64,000 nucleotides of DNA from Candidatus Zhuqueibacterota bacterium (GCA_016929295.1 JAFGJB010000153.1:10830-74829); one strand, 5' to 3'. Counted from the first letter of the stretch, positions 20,884 to 31,043 are shown. The notes: a model not told the origin generated them from the letters alone. Program-made: numbers and translations.

Positions 20884-22665
20884 CTACTTTTTGCGCCTTT
20901 TAACAACCTGTGTTTCTACGACCTGCTGCGGCTTTTTCGGTGACAAATATTTTTGCTGCAGAATAGAAAGGATATTGAAAAGTGCATAATATAAGTTTAA
21001 TCCTGACGGAAAACTGTTGAACAGCAGCGTCAGAAATATTGGCATAAAGTACACCATCATCTTTTGCTTTGGGTCGGTCACGGTCATTTTTTGCTGAATG
21101 AACATCGTTGCCCCCATGACCAGCGGCAGAATATTGACGGTGTTGCCGTACAGCGGCAAGGAGAAATTTCCCGGAAAAGTATAGATCGTATCTGGCGCTG
21201 AAAGGTCGGTGATCCACAGGCCAAAGCCTTCCCCGCGCAACTCGATCGTCGTCCTGAACACGATGAATAAACCGAACAAAAGGGGCATCTGAATGAGCAT
21301 GGGCAAACAACCACCCATGGGATTGACGCGTTCCTCCTTATACATGGCCATTGTCGCCTGATTGAGCTTCTGCGGATCATTTTTATATTTTTCCTGCAGC
21401 TCTTTCAGCCTCGGCTGCAATGCTTGCATTTTTTGCATGGATTCATAGCTTTTATGCGTCAGCGGATAGACAATGAGCTTGATCAAAATCGAGAAAATCA
21501 GCAGAACGACGCCATAATTGGGGATGAAATTATGCATCCACTTCAAGGTCTTTAAAATCGGCAAACTGAAGTATTTTATGAATCCCCAGCCAAAATCCAT
21601 AAAGTCGTGCAAATTTTCATCATACTTTTTCAAAATATCATATTCAAGCGGGCCCAAATAGAGCTTGAATTCGCTGCTGGCGATCCGCTCGCCCAGAAAA
21701 GGCAGCGCGATCAGCAGACTGAATTTTTTCCATCTCTCCTTCACCGCCGGATTGATCGATATCTCCTCGCCGATGATGCGGGCATAATTGATATTCTCTG
21801 TCTGTGGAATGATAAAAAAAGCAAAATATTTTGTTCGCACGGCGACCCAGTCAATGTTGCCGCTTTCTGTGTAGGGCTTGCCGTTTGATCGATATCCCTT
21901 CTCGATGTCGCCGGCGGCGGATGTGGCCGCCTTTGCATACATCATATCATCTTTCAGCAGGCGCTCTGTGGATGCCAGACCGTTCGGGGCGGCAATGAAA
22001 AACCGCTTGTCAGCTATGATGTCTTCCATATTTTCAAGATCGACCTTCATCTCGATGTCGTATGAGCCATTCTTCAGGATGAAATGCTTCCTGATGCTCC
22101 TTCCCTCGCCAATCGGCAATGTAAATGTCAATGTATCTGAATCGGCGCCTTGCAGACGAGTTGAATTCGCCTCGGTCGCAAAGACCAGGTCGGCGGTGCC
22201 CAGAGAATCGCCACCCCGGGTGGTAAAACCCAGACTCAAGGTGCCATAACTGTCTTGCTGAAAAAGTTGCACCGCCTTTCCATCTGCCATGAGATATTTC
22301 TTTAATTCCCATTGCAAAATTGCGGCGCCGCGAGAAGTGAACGTCGCCTTGTACAGATCAGTATCGATGGTGATCGTCTTTTCTTCGGCTTTTTCAACGG
22401 CTTCAAAAAGGGGACTGTCATCCCCAGCAACGGGCTCTGGCGGCGCCGCCTTTTCAGTGTCAGGGGCTTTTTCCAGCTCTGCCAGGACCTGCCTGGCATC
22501 ATCCGCCGGGGGATTGGCGGCACGCTCGGCGATCATCTGTTTTCGCTGCTGGCTCCGCTCATAGCCGTGCGGATCGATCCATTTACGATAGAAACTGCTA
22601 TTGGCCAGAATCAATATCAAGCCAATCAAGACAAAGGCGAAAATGGTTTTTTTGTCAAAATCCAT
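20884..22665 (-). CDS. yidC: Membrane protein insertase YidC
   Basis: N-terminal TM, large periplasmic domain, C-terminal five-TM Oxa1/YidC core (..GCLPMLIQMPLLFGLF..), basic tail KRRKK. Confidence 0.9.
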   Translation of the reverse strand: MDFDKKTIFAFVLIGLILILANSSFYRKWIDPHGYERSQQRKQMIAERAANPPADDARQVLAELEKAPDTEKAAPPEPVAGDDSPLFEAVEKAEEKTITIDTDLYKATFTSRGAAILQWELKKYLMADGKAVQLFQQDSYGTLSLGFTTRGGDSLGTADLVFATEANSTRLQGADSDTLTFTLPIGEGRSIRKHFILKNGSYDIEMKVDLENMEDIIADKRFFIAAPNGLASTERLLKDDMMYAKAATSAAGDIEKGYRSNGKPYTESGNIDWVAVRTKYFAFFIIPQTENINYARIIGEEISINPAVKERWKKFSLLIALPFLGERIASSEFKLYLGPLEYDILKKYDENLHDFMDFGWGFIKYFSLPILKTLKWMHNFIPNYGVVLLIFSILIKLIVYPLTHKSYESMQKMQALQPRLKELQEKYKNDPQKLNQATMAMYKEERVNPMGGCLPMLIQMPLLFGLFIVFRTTIELRGEGFGLWITDLSAPDTIYTFPGNFSLPLYGNTVNILPLVMGATMFIQQKMTVTDPKQKMMVYFMPIFLTLLFNSFPSGLNLYYALFNILSILQQKYLSPKKPQQVVETQVVKRRKK

Positions 22666-22688
22666 GGCGATTCTTTTTTAGTGAGCTG

Positions 22689-22943
22689 TCAAACCGGATC
22701 ATAACCTCCGGACGAAAAAGGATTGCATCGGAGAATTCTGTAGAGAGATTTCATCACACCCTTGACCACGCCATACTTCTTTATGGCCTGCAGCGCATAG
22801 TCAGAGCATGTGGGGTGGTAGCGGCAGCAGTTCGGCAAAAGCGGTGAGATCGTCAACTGATAGAGCCGAATAAATGCAATGCACGCATGCGCCGCAGCCT
22901 TGGCCGCATATGAAAAAATAATCTGCATCCGCTTTCTCAACAC
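22689..22943 (-). CDS. yidD: Membrane protein insertion efficiency factor YidD
   Basis: [31 protein letters not shown] is the YidD hallmark; the true start is possibly the internal Met. Confidence 0.9.
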   Translation of the reverse strand: MLRKRMQIIFSYAAKAAAHACIAFIRLYQLTISPLLPNCCRYHPTCSDYALQAIKKYGVVKGVMKSLYRILRCNPFSSGGYDPV

Positions 22944-22952
22944 CGCTCTTCT

Positions 22953-23324
22953 CTAGATTATACCCGATATGCCCGATACTTGACTTTTATAGCACCTTTT
23001 TGCGATCATGTTTACCAGTTTGTTGAATTCACTTTGCCTTTTGTCATGCTTTGCAAGCAGGGCGCGCTTGTGTGTGATAATGACAATATGGGCAGAAAAG
23101 TGCTGCTGCAGGCTGTTTGTGCGCCACAATTCACGCGCAATCCTTTTCAGTTTGTTACGCATCGGCTTGTTTGGAGCTCTCCCTGCGGCAAAACCGATCT
23201 TAAAGTCATCTTCTTGTACAAAGAAAATGGAAAAATATTCATTCTTGACGGCATGGCCATGCTGAACAATGGAGCGAAATTCAGCGCTGTTTTTCAAAAT
23301 CGTGCTTTTGGGCAGCGTGTTCAC
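22953..23324 (-). CDS. rnpA: Ribonuclease P protein component RnpA
   Basis: 123 aa, basic; the motif KLKRIARELWR falls in the RNR-like region; sits in canonical position between rpmH and yidD. Confidence 0.85.
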   Translation of the reverse strand: MNTLPKSTILKNSAEFRSIVQHGHAVKNEYFSIFFVQEDDFKIGFAAGRAPNKPMRNKLKRIARELWRTNSLQQHFSAHIVIITHKRALLAKHDKRQSEFNKLVNMIAKRCYKSQVSGISGII

Positions 23325-23352
23325 TCAACGTTCAAGCCGGCTTCATTCGTCA

Positions 23353-23496
23353 CTGACAGTCAATTTTTTACGACCTTTGGCTCGACGGCGGCTGAGAACA
23401 GCTCTGCCGTTCTTGGTCGCCATGCGGGTTCGGAAACCATGCTTGTTAATTCTTTTTCGCCGGTGCGGTTGAAAAGTCTGTTTCATTCTTTATCTC
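23353..23496 (-). CDS. rpmH: 50S ribosomal protein L34
   Basis: Not in the ORF track because it is short. Manual translation of the minus strand from ATG 23496..23494 gives [47 protein letters not shown], a near-consensus L34. Confidence 0.9.
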
Positions 23497-23606
23497 CATC
23501 GCCTTGATAATTATCACAAGATTTATATTATAAGTATTTTAGTAATTAAAATCAAGCTCTTTTCTTTTGTTAACAAACACTTAGCACTCTCTGAACAACA
23601 CTATAT

Positions 23607-24140
23607 CTAGTATATTTCTATACGTCGCGCCCCTATAAATTGACTTGCATAGTATCTGTCCGACAACTTACTCAGAATAACACCTTTTGTTGAAGAAGCG
23701 TGGACAAAATAGCCTTTTGTCAGGTATAGTCCCATATGCGTCGGCTGGCGCCCGTGGCTGGAAAAAAAGACCAGATCACCAAAGAGCAGATCCATCTTGT
23801 AGATCTTTTTGCTTCTGGCGAATATTTCCTGGGTATTGTGGGGCAAGGTGATATTCGCCGAATTTTTATAAATGGTCACAATCAGTCCGGAACAGTCCGT
23901 GCCCTGCGACGAATCACCCCCCCATCTGTAGGGTGCACCATAAAACTTTTTGATTTCATCTTTCATCTTTTGCAAAATCTCTTCATTGAAAGAGACCTGA
24001 TGGCGCATGCCGTCGTAATACGGTACAGGCGCCAACCGGGCGCCACAGTGAAAAAGAGTCAGGGTTAGCAAAAATAACGGAAATAACAGGTGCTTTTTTT
24101 TCATTTTATGCAGTGTCATTCTTTTCGCTTGCATTTTCAT
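23607..24140 (-). CDS. NlpC/P60 (C40) family peptidoglycan endopeptidase lipoprotein
   Basis: Signal peptide/lipobox ..TLTLFHCG; catalytic Cys context GTDCSGLIV and His context THMGLYL. Confidence 0.8.
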   Translation of the reverse strand: MKMQAKRMTLHKMKKKHLLFPLFLLTLTLFHCGARLAPVPYYDGMRHQVSFNEEILQKMKDEIKKFYGAPYRWGGDSSQGTDCSGLIVTIYKNSANITLPHNTQEIFARSKKIYKMDLLFGDLVFFSSHGRQPTHMGLYLTKGYFVHASSTKGVILSKLSDRYYASQFIGARRIEIY

Positions 24141-24204
24141 TATATTGAATTAAATTGAATTATTAAAGAATTTTACTTATTATTTACTTCAATGACTGTT
24201 CTAT

Positions 24205-24747
24205 TTGCCACTTGGGTCGCCTATGTCCGGAATATATTCAACATTAAGATCGTGTTATCCCTGTTATTTGATACTGATCTCGATCGTATCAATCGTCTGC
24301 ATTTATCTCATTTCTCTTTTATACAAAAAACAGCCCAAAATATTTTGGACTATACTGATAACATCGATGGCGGTCAGCATATTCACCCTCGCCACGCAAC
24401 GGTTTTTCTTTCCCAGGTTCTTCAGACTTTTTTCTCTCATGTGCGGCAGACAACAACAGGTTGCGGAAGAATGGATCATCTATGATACTGATCCGCGCAA
24501 CGATGTCTTCATCAAGGGCAACCTGCGCTACGGCGAGTTGCGACGTCTCGATTCGGTGCTGATGCATGAAAAGAGAAACTACAACGGCATGCGTCTTGAC
24601 AGCGCCACCTTGAATGAATATGCCAAATACGATCCCCAGATAATCGATGCCTATGATCGCTGGCGTAAATGCAAGGATATGCGCCGCTCCTACCACAAGA
24701 GCATCTATCCCGATGAGCGCAGATTATACTATTATTTAAGGGACTAG
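24205..24747 (+). CDS. Hypothetical membrane protein (2 TM plus basic/aromatic C-terminal domain)
   Basis: ORF only. First gene after the minus-to-plus strand switch and followed by a clean intrinsic terminator. Start uncertain. Confidence 0.45.
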   Translation: MPLGSPMSGIYSTLRSCYPCYLILISIVSIVCIYLISLLYKKQPKIFWTILITSMAVSIFTLATQRFFFPRFFRLFSLMCGRQQQVAEEWIIYDTDPRNDVFIKGNLRYGELRRLDSVLMHEKRNYNGMRLDSATLNEYAKYDPQIIDAYDRWRKCKDMRRSYHKSIYPDERRLYYYLRD

Positions 24748-24791
24748 ACTTTCTTCACGGAACAAAAATGAACGTATAAAATATAATAGAT

Positions 24792-24817
24792 AAACCCGAA
24801 ATGACTCGGGTTTTTTC
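24792..24817 (+). terminator. Rho-independent terminator
   Basis: AAACCCGA-AATGAC-TCGGGTTTTTT: 8-bp stem, 6-nt loop, T6 tract, 45 nt after the stop at 24747. Confidence 0.65.
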
Positions 24818-24835
24818 ATTTAAGAGTGTCCTGTC

Positions 24836-25756
24836 ATGAAAATGCATTTCTTCGTCATTCTCTTGTTTGTCGCGATAGCGCCCCTGCTGCCATCCGAAAG
24901 AAAGCTGAATGCCACCTTCCTTTTCGCTTTTGGCGAAAAAGGCGAACAACCGGCACAATTCAATCGCCCCCTGGGCGTGTCGGCAGATGCCAAAGGCAAT
25001 GTTTACGTCTCGGATAGCGGCAATAACCGGCTGCAGAAATTTACGCCGCAAGGAGAGTTGATTGCATTCATCGGCGGTTTTGGCTGGGAAAAAGAGCAGT
25101 TTCAATTCCCGATAGATATATTTGTCTACAATTCACTGGATATCTTTGTCGCTGATTTTGATAACAACAGAATCGAGCGCTATGACAAGGACTTGAATTG
25201 GCTGACCAGCTACTATTCGAACGACAACTGGTCAGCAAAGATGCGCTTTCTCTTTCCCATCTCCGTTTGCGTGAGCCTGCACGGCGATTTTTTCATCGTT
25301 GATTCCGAGAATGATCGGGTCATTAAACTCAACGCTTCTTTTGAACCCGAGCTCTCCTTTGGCGATTATGATTGGGGTGCGGGTGTTCTTCAGGAAGCTT
25401 CACACATCTATGTCTCAAAGAACGATGTCATCTATGTGACGGATCCCGGGGCGCATAAAATCCTTGTCTATGATTATTACGGCAATTTTCTCTATGATGT
25501 GGGCGTCGGTGAGCTTGTCACACCCAAAGGTCTGTGCGTCGATGACCAGGAACAGATATTTGTCGCTGATGCCAGCAAAAATCAGGTCCTGACATTCGAC
25601 AAAAACGGCCGTTTGCTTTTGACAATCGGCTCTTTGAGCAGCAAGTTTGCAGGATTTAATGAACCCTCGGATGTCACCATCATTCGCGATAAACTGTATG
25701 TTGCGGATACGCAGAATCATCGAATTCAGATTTTTCAGCTTGCATGGGAAAACTAA
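24836..25756 (+). CDS. NHL-repeat (six-bladed beta-propeller) secreted protein
   Basis: Signal peptide. Repeated GVSADAKGNVYVSDSGNNRLQKF / FVADFDNNRIERY / FIVDSENDRVIKL / YVTDPGAHKILVYD / FVADASKNQVLTFD / YVADTQNHRIQIF blocks match the NHL repeat. Confidence 0.75.
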   Translation: MKMHFFVILLFVAIAPLLPSERKLNATFLFAFGEKGEQPAQFNRPLGVSADAKGNVYVSDSGNNRLQKFTPQGELIAFIGGFGWEKEQFQFPIDIFVYNSLDIFVADFDNNRIERYDKDLNWLTSYYSNDNWSAKMRFLFPISVCVSLHGDFFIVDSENDRVIKLNASFEPELSFGDYDWGAGVLQEASHIYVSKNDVIYVTDPGAHKILVYDYYGNFLYDVGVGELVTPKGLCVDDQEQIFVADASKNQVLTFDKNGRLLLTIGSLSSKFAGFNEPSDVTIIRDKLYVADTQNHRIQIFQLAWEN

Positions 25757-25759
25757 ACA

Positions 25760-28700
25760 TTGGCTGTAAATCGGGCTCATACATGGAAGATCACTCTCTT
25801 CTCCATCCTTTTTATGGCCATCGTCCTCTCTGCACAAACGACCGGCAGGCTCGGCGCCATTTCTCTTTTTGATAAAGATCTCGTCATGCTGGGAGAAGAC
25901 CGCCGCGGGCCTTATCTCCTTCCCGACAGTCTCATCATTGAAAATTCAGCACAGGTCTTTTTGGACGATGTGCAACAGTCCCCTGATGCCTTTGCAATGA
26001 ATTATGTCGCTGGTGAATTACGATTCAATAAATCCATTGCCAAAGATGTCAAAATTCGCGTCATTTATAAAATATTGCCCGAGCCGCTGCGCAAGACCTA
26101 TGCCCATCGCACTATTCAGCATCGCGTTTTTGGCGCTCCTACAGCGTCAGAACAGATCACCGCGCCCGGCGATCAGGAAGACTATGCCGCCCAATTGACA
26201 AAAAGCGGCAGCATCACTCGCGGCGTCACCGTCGGTTCCAACAGAGGTCTGAAAGTAAATTCAGCGCTCAACATCAATGTCAGCGGCAAAGTCGGCGACA
26301 ATGTTGAAATTGTCGCCGCCCTGACCGATCAGACGACGCCCATTCAGCCGGAAGGCACCACGCAAAACCTTCAGGAGATCGACAAGGTTTTCATCCAGAT
26401 AAAATCGACCGAATTGGCTGCTACTATGGGTGATTTTCAGATCTCATATGACCAAACGCAATTTGCCCAATATAATCGCAAACTCCAGGGCGCGTTGGGC
26501 GAGGCCAAGTATGATAAAATTCAGGCGGCCGCCTCTGCCGCGGTGTCGCGCGGGAAATATCATTCCATGCAATTCAATGGCCAGGAAGGCAACCAGGGCC
26601 CCTATCAACTCAAAGGCGACCGCGGCCAGAGCTACATCATTGTCCTGGCCGGCACAGAGCGAGTCTTCATCGACGGCGAGCTCATGGTGCGCGGCGAAAC
26701 AAATGACTATATCATCGATTATGCCGCCGCACAGGTCATCTTTTCGCGCCGCCGACTCATCACTTCTGATTCGCGTATCACGGTGGATTTTCAATACTCG
26801 GATGAACAGTACAGACGCAATCTCTACTCCGCTTCGGTGAATACAAACCTGTGGGACGAGCGGATTCATCTGCGATCCGTCTATCTTCATGAGGCGGATG
26901 ATGAGGAGAACCCCCTGGATTTCACCCTCAGCGATGACTATAAAAAAATCCTTCAACAAGCCGGAGATGATCAACTCAAGGCGGTCATCGAAGGCGCCAC
27001 TTTTGTCGGGCCGGAAAAGGGACGCTATAATTTCATCGACAGCGTCTATGTCTATGCCGGCGAAAAACTGGGCGACTATAACGTTGTATTTTCCGATGTT
27101 GGCGATGGCCTGGGTAGCTATCAGTATAACGGCAATGCTGTCTATAAATTCGTCGGCGAGGGCGAGGGCCAATTTGCTCCGGTGATCATTCTGCCGCTGC
27201 CCAAAAGTCATGATATCCTCGATTTATCCGTAAGTTTTTCACCATTGAAATTCCTCAACCTGTCCAGCGAATATGCCTTGAGCAATTTTGACAACAACTC
27301 TTTTTCAACAGCGGACAAAGATGATGATGTCGGCCTTGCGTACAACTATACAATCGATGTGCGGCCGAAAAACATCAAAATGTTCGGCAAGAATATCGGC
27401 AATCTGACTTTGACAGGTAAATACAAAAACGTCGACAATGACTTTTCAGATATCGATCGAACGACCGAAATAGAGTACACGCGTCGCTGGGATTTGCCCG
27501 ACTCTTCGGGAAGGGAGGAGGTGGTGAAGGAGTTTCGCACCCTCTACGAGCCCTTCAATGGATTCGGCATCGGTGGCGAAATTGGCAACATTCAAAAAGG
27601 CAACTATTTTAGGTCAGATCGCTGGCAGATCGAAAATTATTTCAGATATAATAAAATGCCGTCTGTAAATATCCGCGTGGAAAAAATTGACCGCCAGAAC
27701 GTGAACCAGAATCGACAGGCCGAGTGGTGGCGACAGCGCGGCGATGCAGAATGGGACATTTGGAAACTCAAACCTTTTTTTCGCTATGAGGGTGAAGTTC
27801 AAAAGGAGAGCTGGGCGGATACACTTCATACCGGATTAAAATTTGACGACCTCACAGGCGGGCTTGAAGTGAGACCTTTTGACAAGCTGCTCGTCTCCGG
27901 CCGTTTATCGCAACGCGATGACAAAGACTATACAGGATACGGACAGTTCCGTGATAAATCTTTCGCCAACACGCAAAACGTTCAAATACAGCTGCAACGC
28001 ATCAAGGAATTCAGCGCGTCCCTCGATCTGACCCATCGCGTCAAAAAATATGCGAATAGCGAATTAAGCGACAGCAATACGGACCTGGCTGAATTGCGCA
28101 TGCAGTTGACACCGTGGAAACGCGCCTTGAATGCCAATCTCAATTATATGATTTCCAATACAGCGACGGCCAAAAAGGAAAGAATCTATATAAAGGTGGC
28201 AGATGGGGAAGGCACTTTTCGATATGATCAAGATCTTAATGAATATGTCTATGATCCGCTCGGCAACTATGTGTTGCGCATTCTCACGACCGATCAGTTG
28301 ATACCAACCATCGAAATGAAGACAAGCACACGCGTTCGCCTGGAACCAAGCAATCTGTTTGCTCCGAAAACTTCTGATAGCACCGACGGATCTTTCTGGA
28401 GCAAATCCCTGCGCGCTGTTTCATCCGAAACCTATATCGCTCTGGAGGAACGCACGCAGACGGATGATGCGATGGATGTTTACCTGCTGCGCCAGCACAC
28501 ATTCCGCCAGCCAGGAACGACCATCCTGGGTTCTCTCCAGCTGCGCCAGGATCTCTATCTGTTTGAGCGTAATCGCGATTTTTCAGTTCGCTATCGATAC
28601 CTCACGCGCGATGAGTTGAACAATCAGTTTCTCGAGGGTGGCGAAGAGCGCAATGAACATGAGAATGCCCTGCGCATCACCGCGCGACTGTCACAGTTTT

Positions 28701-29182
28701 TCAGCTCACAATCGGAGATAAGCCAAAAAAGGATGCGTCGTTTTTTCGACTATGCCGGCAAACAAAATCGGGATATCCAGGCAACCCTGTTGAACTCGGA
28801 TCTGTCCTACGCACCGACGACCATCATCAAATTTGCGCTGGAGGGTCGCCTGTCGTGGGAAGAGGACGTCGTATATGAAACGCCCACACAGGTGCAATCC
28901 TATGCGCTGACGCCAAGAATCACCTATTCGATCCGTAATCGTGGTCGTCTGAGCGGCGAGTTTGAATGGAGCTATGTCGATGCCACTCCGGACGATCGCG
29001 TGCTGCCGTATGAGATGGCGAGTGGCCGAAGCATTGGACAGTCCACCCGCTGGGATATCCGCTTCGATTATCGGCTATCCAGCGCCATCCAGGCAACCCT
29101 CTCATATTCCGGTCGTAACGAGCCGGAACGCGAGCAGGTGATACACACCGGCAGAGCGCAGGTGACGGCCGCTTTCAGATAG
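25760..29182 (+). CDS. Giant (1140 aa) cysteine-free predicted outer-membrane beta-barrel protein
   Basis: Cleavable signal peptide (..FMAIVLSAQ). I found no Cys on scanning the 1140 residues by eye. Pervasive alternating polar/hydrophobic beta-strand pattern with Y/F/W/N/D/R-rich turns. C-terminus ..AQVTAAFR. Sits 34 bp upstream of the Omp85 gene. Confidence 0.55.
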   Translation: MAVNRAHTWKITLFSILFMAIVLSAQTTGRLGAISLFDKDLVMLGEDRRGPYLLPDSLIIENSAQVFLDDVQQSPDAFAMNYVAGELRFNKSIAKDVKIRVIYKILPEPLRKTYAHRTIQHRVFGAPTASEQITAPGDQEDYAAQLTKSGSITRGVTVGSNRGLKVNSALNINVSGKVGDNVEIVAALTDQTTPIQPEGTTQNLQEIDKVFIQIKSTELAATMGDFQISYDQTQFAQYNRKLQGALGEAKYDKIQAAASAAVSRGKYHSMQFNGQEGNQGPYQLKGDRGQSYIIVLAGTERVFIDGELMVRGETNDYIIDYAAAQVIFSRRRLITSDSRITVDFQYSDEQYRRNLYSASVNTNLWDERIHLRSVYLHEADDEENPLDFTLSDDYKKILQQAGDDQLKAVIEGATFVGPEKGRYNFIDSVYVYAGEKLGDYNVVFSDVGDGLGSYQYNGNAVYKFVGEGEGQFAPVIILPLPKSHDILDLSVSFSPLKFLNLSSEYALSNFDNNSFSTADKDDDVGLAYNYTIDVRPKNIKMFGKNIGNLTLTGKYKNVDNDFSDIDRTTEIEYTRRWDLPDSSGREEVVKEFRTLYEPFNGFGIGGEIGNIQKGNYFRSDRWQIENYFRYNKMPSVNIRVEKIDRQNVNQNRQAEWWRQRGDAEWDIWKLKPFFRYEGEVQKESWADTLHTGLKFDDLTGGLEVRPFDKLLVSGRLSQRDDKDYTGYGQFRDKSFANTQNVQIQLQRIKEFSASLDLTHRVKKYANSELSDSNTDLAELRMQLTPWKRALNANLNYMISNTATAKKERIYIKVADGEGTFRYDQDLNEYVYDPLGNYVLRILTTDQLIPTIEMKTSTRVRLEPSNLFAPKTSDSTDGSFWSKSLRAVSSETYIALEERTQTDDAMDVYLLRQHTFRQPGTTILGSLQLRQDLYLFERNRDFSVRYRYLTRDELNNQFLEGGEERNEHENALRITARLSQFFSSQSEISQKRMRRFFDYAGKQNRDIQATLLNSDLSYAPTTIIKFALEGRLSWEEDVVYETPTQVQSYALTPRITYSIRNRGRLSGEFEWSYVDATPDDRVLPYEMASGRSIGQSTRWDIRFDYRLSSAIQATLSYSGRNEPEREQVIHTGRAQVTAAFR

Positions 29183-29216
29183 TTGTACAAATTTTTAACT
29201 ATATTTATTTTCGACG

Positions 29217-30986
29217 ATGAAAAATTTGATCAAATATTTTACCCTCTTTTTCCTTTTGCCGGCTCTGTCGCAGCAGGCGCAAAAACGCATCACCGTCGCG
29301 GAAATCGAGTTCTTTGGTGCGGAACGCGTCTCAAGACGGATGGTGCAAAAATGGGCCGATCTGCAAAAAGGAGATCCTTTTCAACCGGACGAGCTGCTGC
29401 AAAAATGCGTTGCGATTTTGCAGGGATATAAATCGGCAGGTATGCCGTACACTCGGATCGACTCGCTCACCTATTCTATCTCACCCGACAGCAGTGCTGC
29501 AACGGTCCGCTTTTACATCCGCGAAGGGGAGCATGTCAATACGGGCGAGTTGACGCTCGCAGGACTGGATAGCAATGAAGCAGAAAATATCAAGAGATCT
29601 TTATATACAAAAACCGGCAGACCTTTCGATCGCGACAAACTGGAGCGCGATCTGGATGAAAGCATCACAAACCTGGAAAAACAGGGCTTCCCATTTGCCA
29701 AATACGATCTGCAGTCCCTCCGACTGGATTCAAGTTTGAAGGCCGACCAGCTGAGCTTCACCTTCAAAGTGTCGAAAGGACCCCGTCTTGTAATACAGGA
29801 AATTCAGATCGCCGGCAATGAGGTGACAAAAGACAAGGTCATACGCAGAGAAATCAGAATTAAAGAAGGCGAGCTGTATGATTATAAAAAAGTGGCCAAA
29901 ATTCCGACGAAACTGATGAAACTGGGTTATTTCCGCCGCGTGCATGAGCCCGCTGTATACATCGCGGAGGGCGATGCAGGTGGCCTGCTCATCACTGTGG
30001 AAGAGGGCAACACGAGCTCTTTTGACGGCGTGGTGGGTTATACGCCGGGGACGGATGAAGAAAAAGGCTATTTCACCGGCCTGATCAATGTCAATCTGGG
30101 CAACCTGTTCGGCACCGGCCGGGTTTTTTCTGCGCATTGGCAAAAGCGGGATAAAACATCTCAGGATATGATGTTTCATTACCGGGAACCATGGGTCGCC
30201 GGTCTTCCCGTCCATCTGGGTGGCGGCTTTAATCAGCTCATTCAGGATTCAACCTACATACAACGTGACTATGGAATGGATGTCTCTGTCCCTCTGGTCG
30301 AAAATTTTTCTGTCATTGCCGACATCAAAAAAATGAGCATATTGCCCGACTCGCTGGGAAGCCACATGCTGGGCATACCGAAAAGCGAAACCGTCAGCGC
30401 CTCTATCGGCATTCAGTACGATTCACGAGATGACGCGCTCAATCCGCAGTCCGGCATCTACTATTTCACCAGCATCGAAACCGGCGCCAAAAAGAATCTT
30501 GGTCCGGATGAGATCATCGATACATATAAGCTCGATCGGCAAGTTGACAACAAACGCTTCGTCATTGATATTGATTTCTATATTCCGACATTCCGTCGCC
30601 AGGTTGTGGCGCTCGCTTTGCATGGTCGACAAATCACCAGCACGGAACAGCATATTCCGCTTACTGATCAATATCGTCTGGGCGGCACACGTTCACTGCG
30701 GGGTTATCGTGAGGATCAATTCCGCGGCTCCGGCATTGCCTGGACAAACATGGAGTATCGCTATATCCTTGGACCTCGCTCCAGAGCCTTCGTGTTTTGT
30801 GACGTCGGTTACTATTATGCCGCCAATTCGCGCGGCGTGGTCGAAGACCTGAAAATTGGCTACGGTTTTGGCGTGCGTCTGGAAACCGGGCTCGGCATCA
30901 TGGGCATCGATTATGGTCTGGCCTATGGTGAAAAGCAAGGGCTGATGAGCGGCTTGTTGCACGTGGGATTGGTCAATGAATTTTAG
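29217..30986 (+). CDS. Omp85-family outer membrane protein with 3 POTRA domains (TamA/BamA-like)
   Basis: Signal peptide. POTRA-like repeats (ITVAEIEFFGAERV.., ..VIQEIQIAGNEVT..). C-terminal surface antigen D15 barrel ending ..LLHVGLVNEF (terminal aromatic). 589 aa fits TamA-sized rather than 5-POTRA BamA. Confidence 0.8.
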   Translation: MKNLIKYFTLFFLLPALSQQAQKRITVAEIEFFGAERVSRRMVQKWADLQKGDPFQPDELLQKCVAILQGYKSAGMPYTRIDSLTYSISPDSSAATVRFYIREGEHVNTGELTLAGLDSNEAENIKRSLYTKTGRPFDRDKLERDLDESITNLEKQGFPFAKYDLQSLRLDSSLKADQLSFTFKVSKGPRLVIQEIQIAGNEVTKDKVIRREIRIKEGELYDYKKVAKIPTKLMKLGYFRRVHEPAVYIAEGDAGGLLITVEEGNTSSFDGVVGYTPGTDEEKGYFTGLINVNLGNLFGTGRVFSAHWQKRDKTSQDMMFHYREPWVAGLPVHLGGGFNQLIQDSTYIQRDYGMDVSVPLVENFSVIADIKKMSILPDSLGSHMLGIPKSETVSASIGIQYDSRDDALNPQSGIYYFTSIETGAKKNLGPDEIIDTYKLDRQVDNKRFVIDIDFYIPTFRRQVVALALHGRQITSTEQHIPLTDQYRLGGTRSLRGYREDQFRGSGIAWTNMEYRYILGPRSRAFVFCDVGYYYAANSRGVVEDLKIGYGFGVRLETGLGIMGIDYGLAYGEKQGLMSGLLHVGLVNEF

Positions 30987-31043
30987 GAATGTTCTGCATT
31001 GGCAAATTCGTTTATATTATGACATTCTTACTTAGCAGGCAAT

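Noticed and set aside
26444-27211. 255-aa minus-strand ORF
   Set aside because: Antisense within the 1140-aa giant OMP gene. No start context or motifs.
25760-29182. TamB (DUF490) identity for the large protein preceding the Omp85 gene
   Set aside because: TamB is signal-anchored in the inner membrane and beta-taco/helical. This protein has a cleavable signal peptide, lacks cysteine and shows barrel-like strand periodicity to the C-terminus, so it is called a giant OMP candidate instead.
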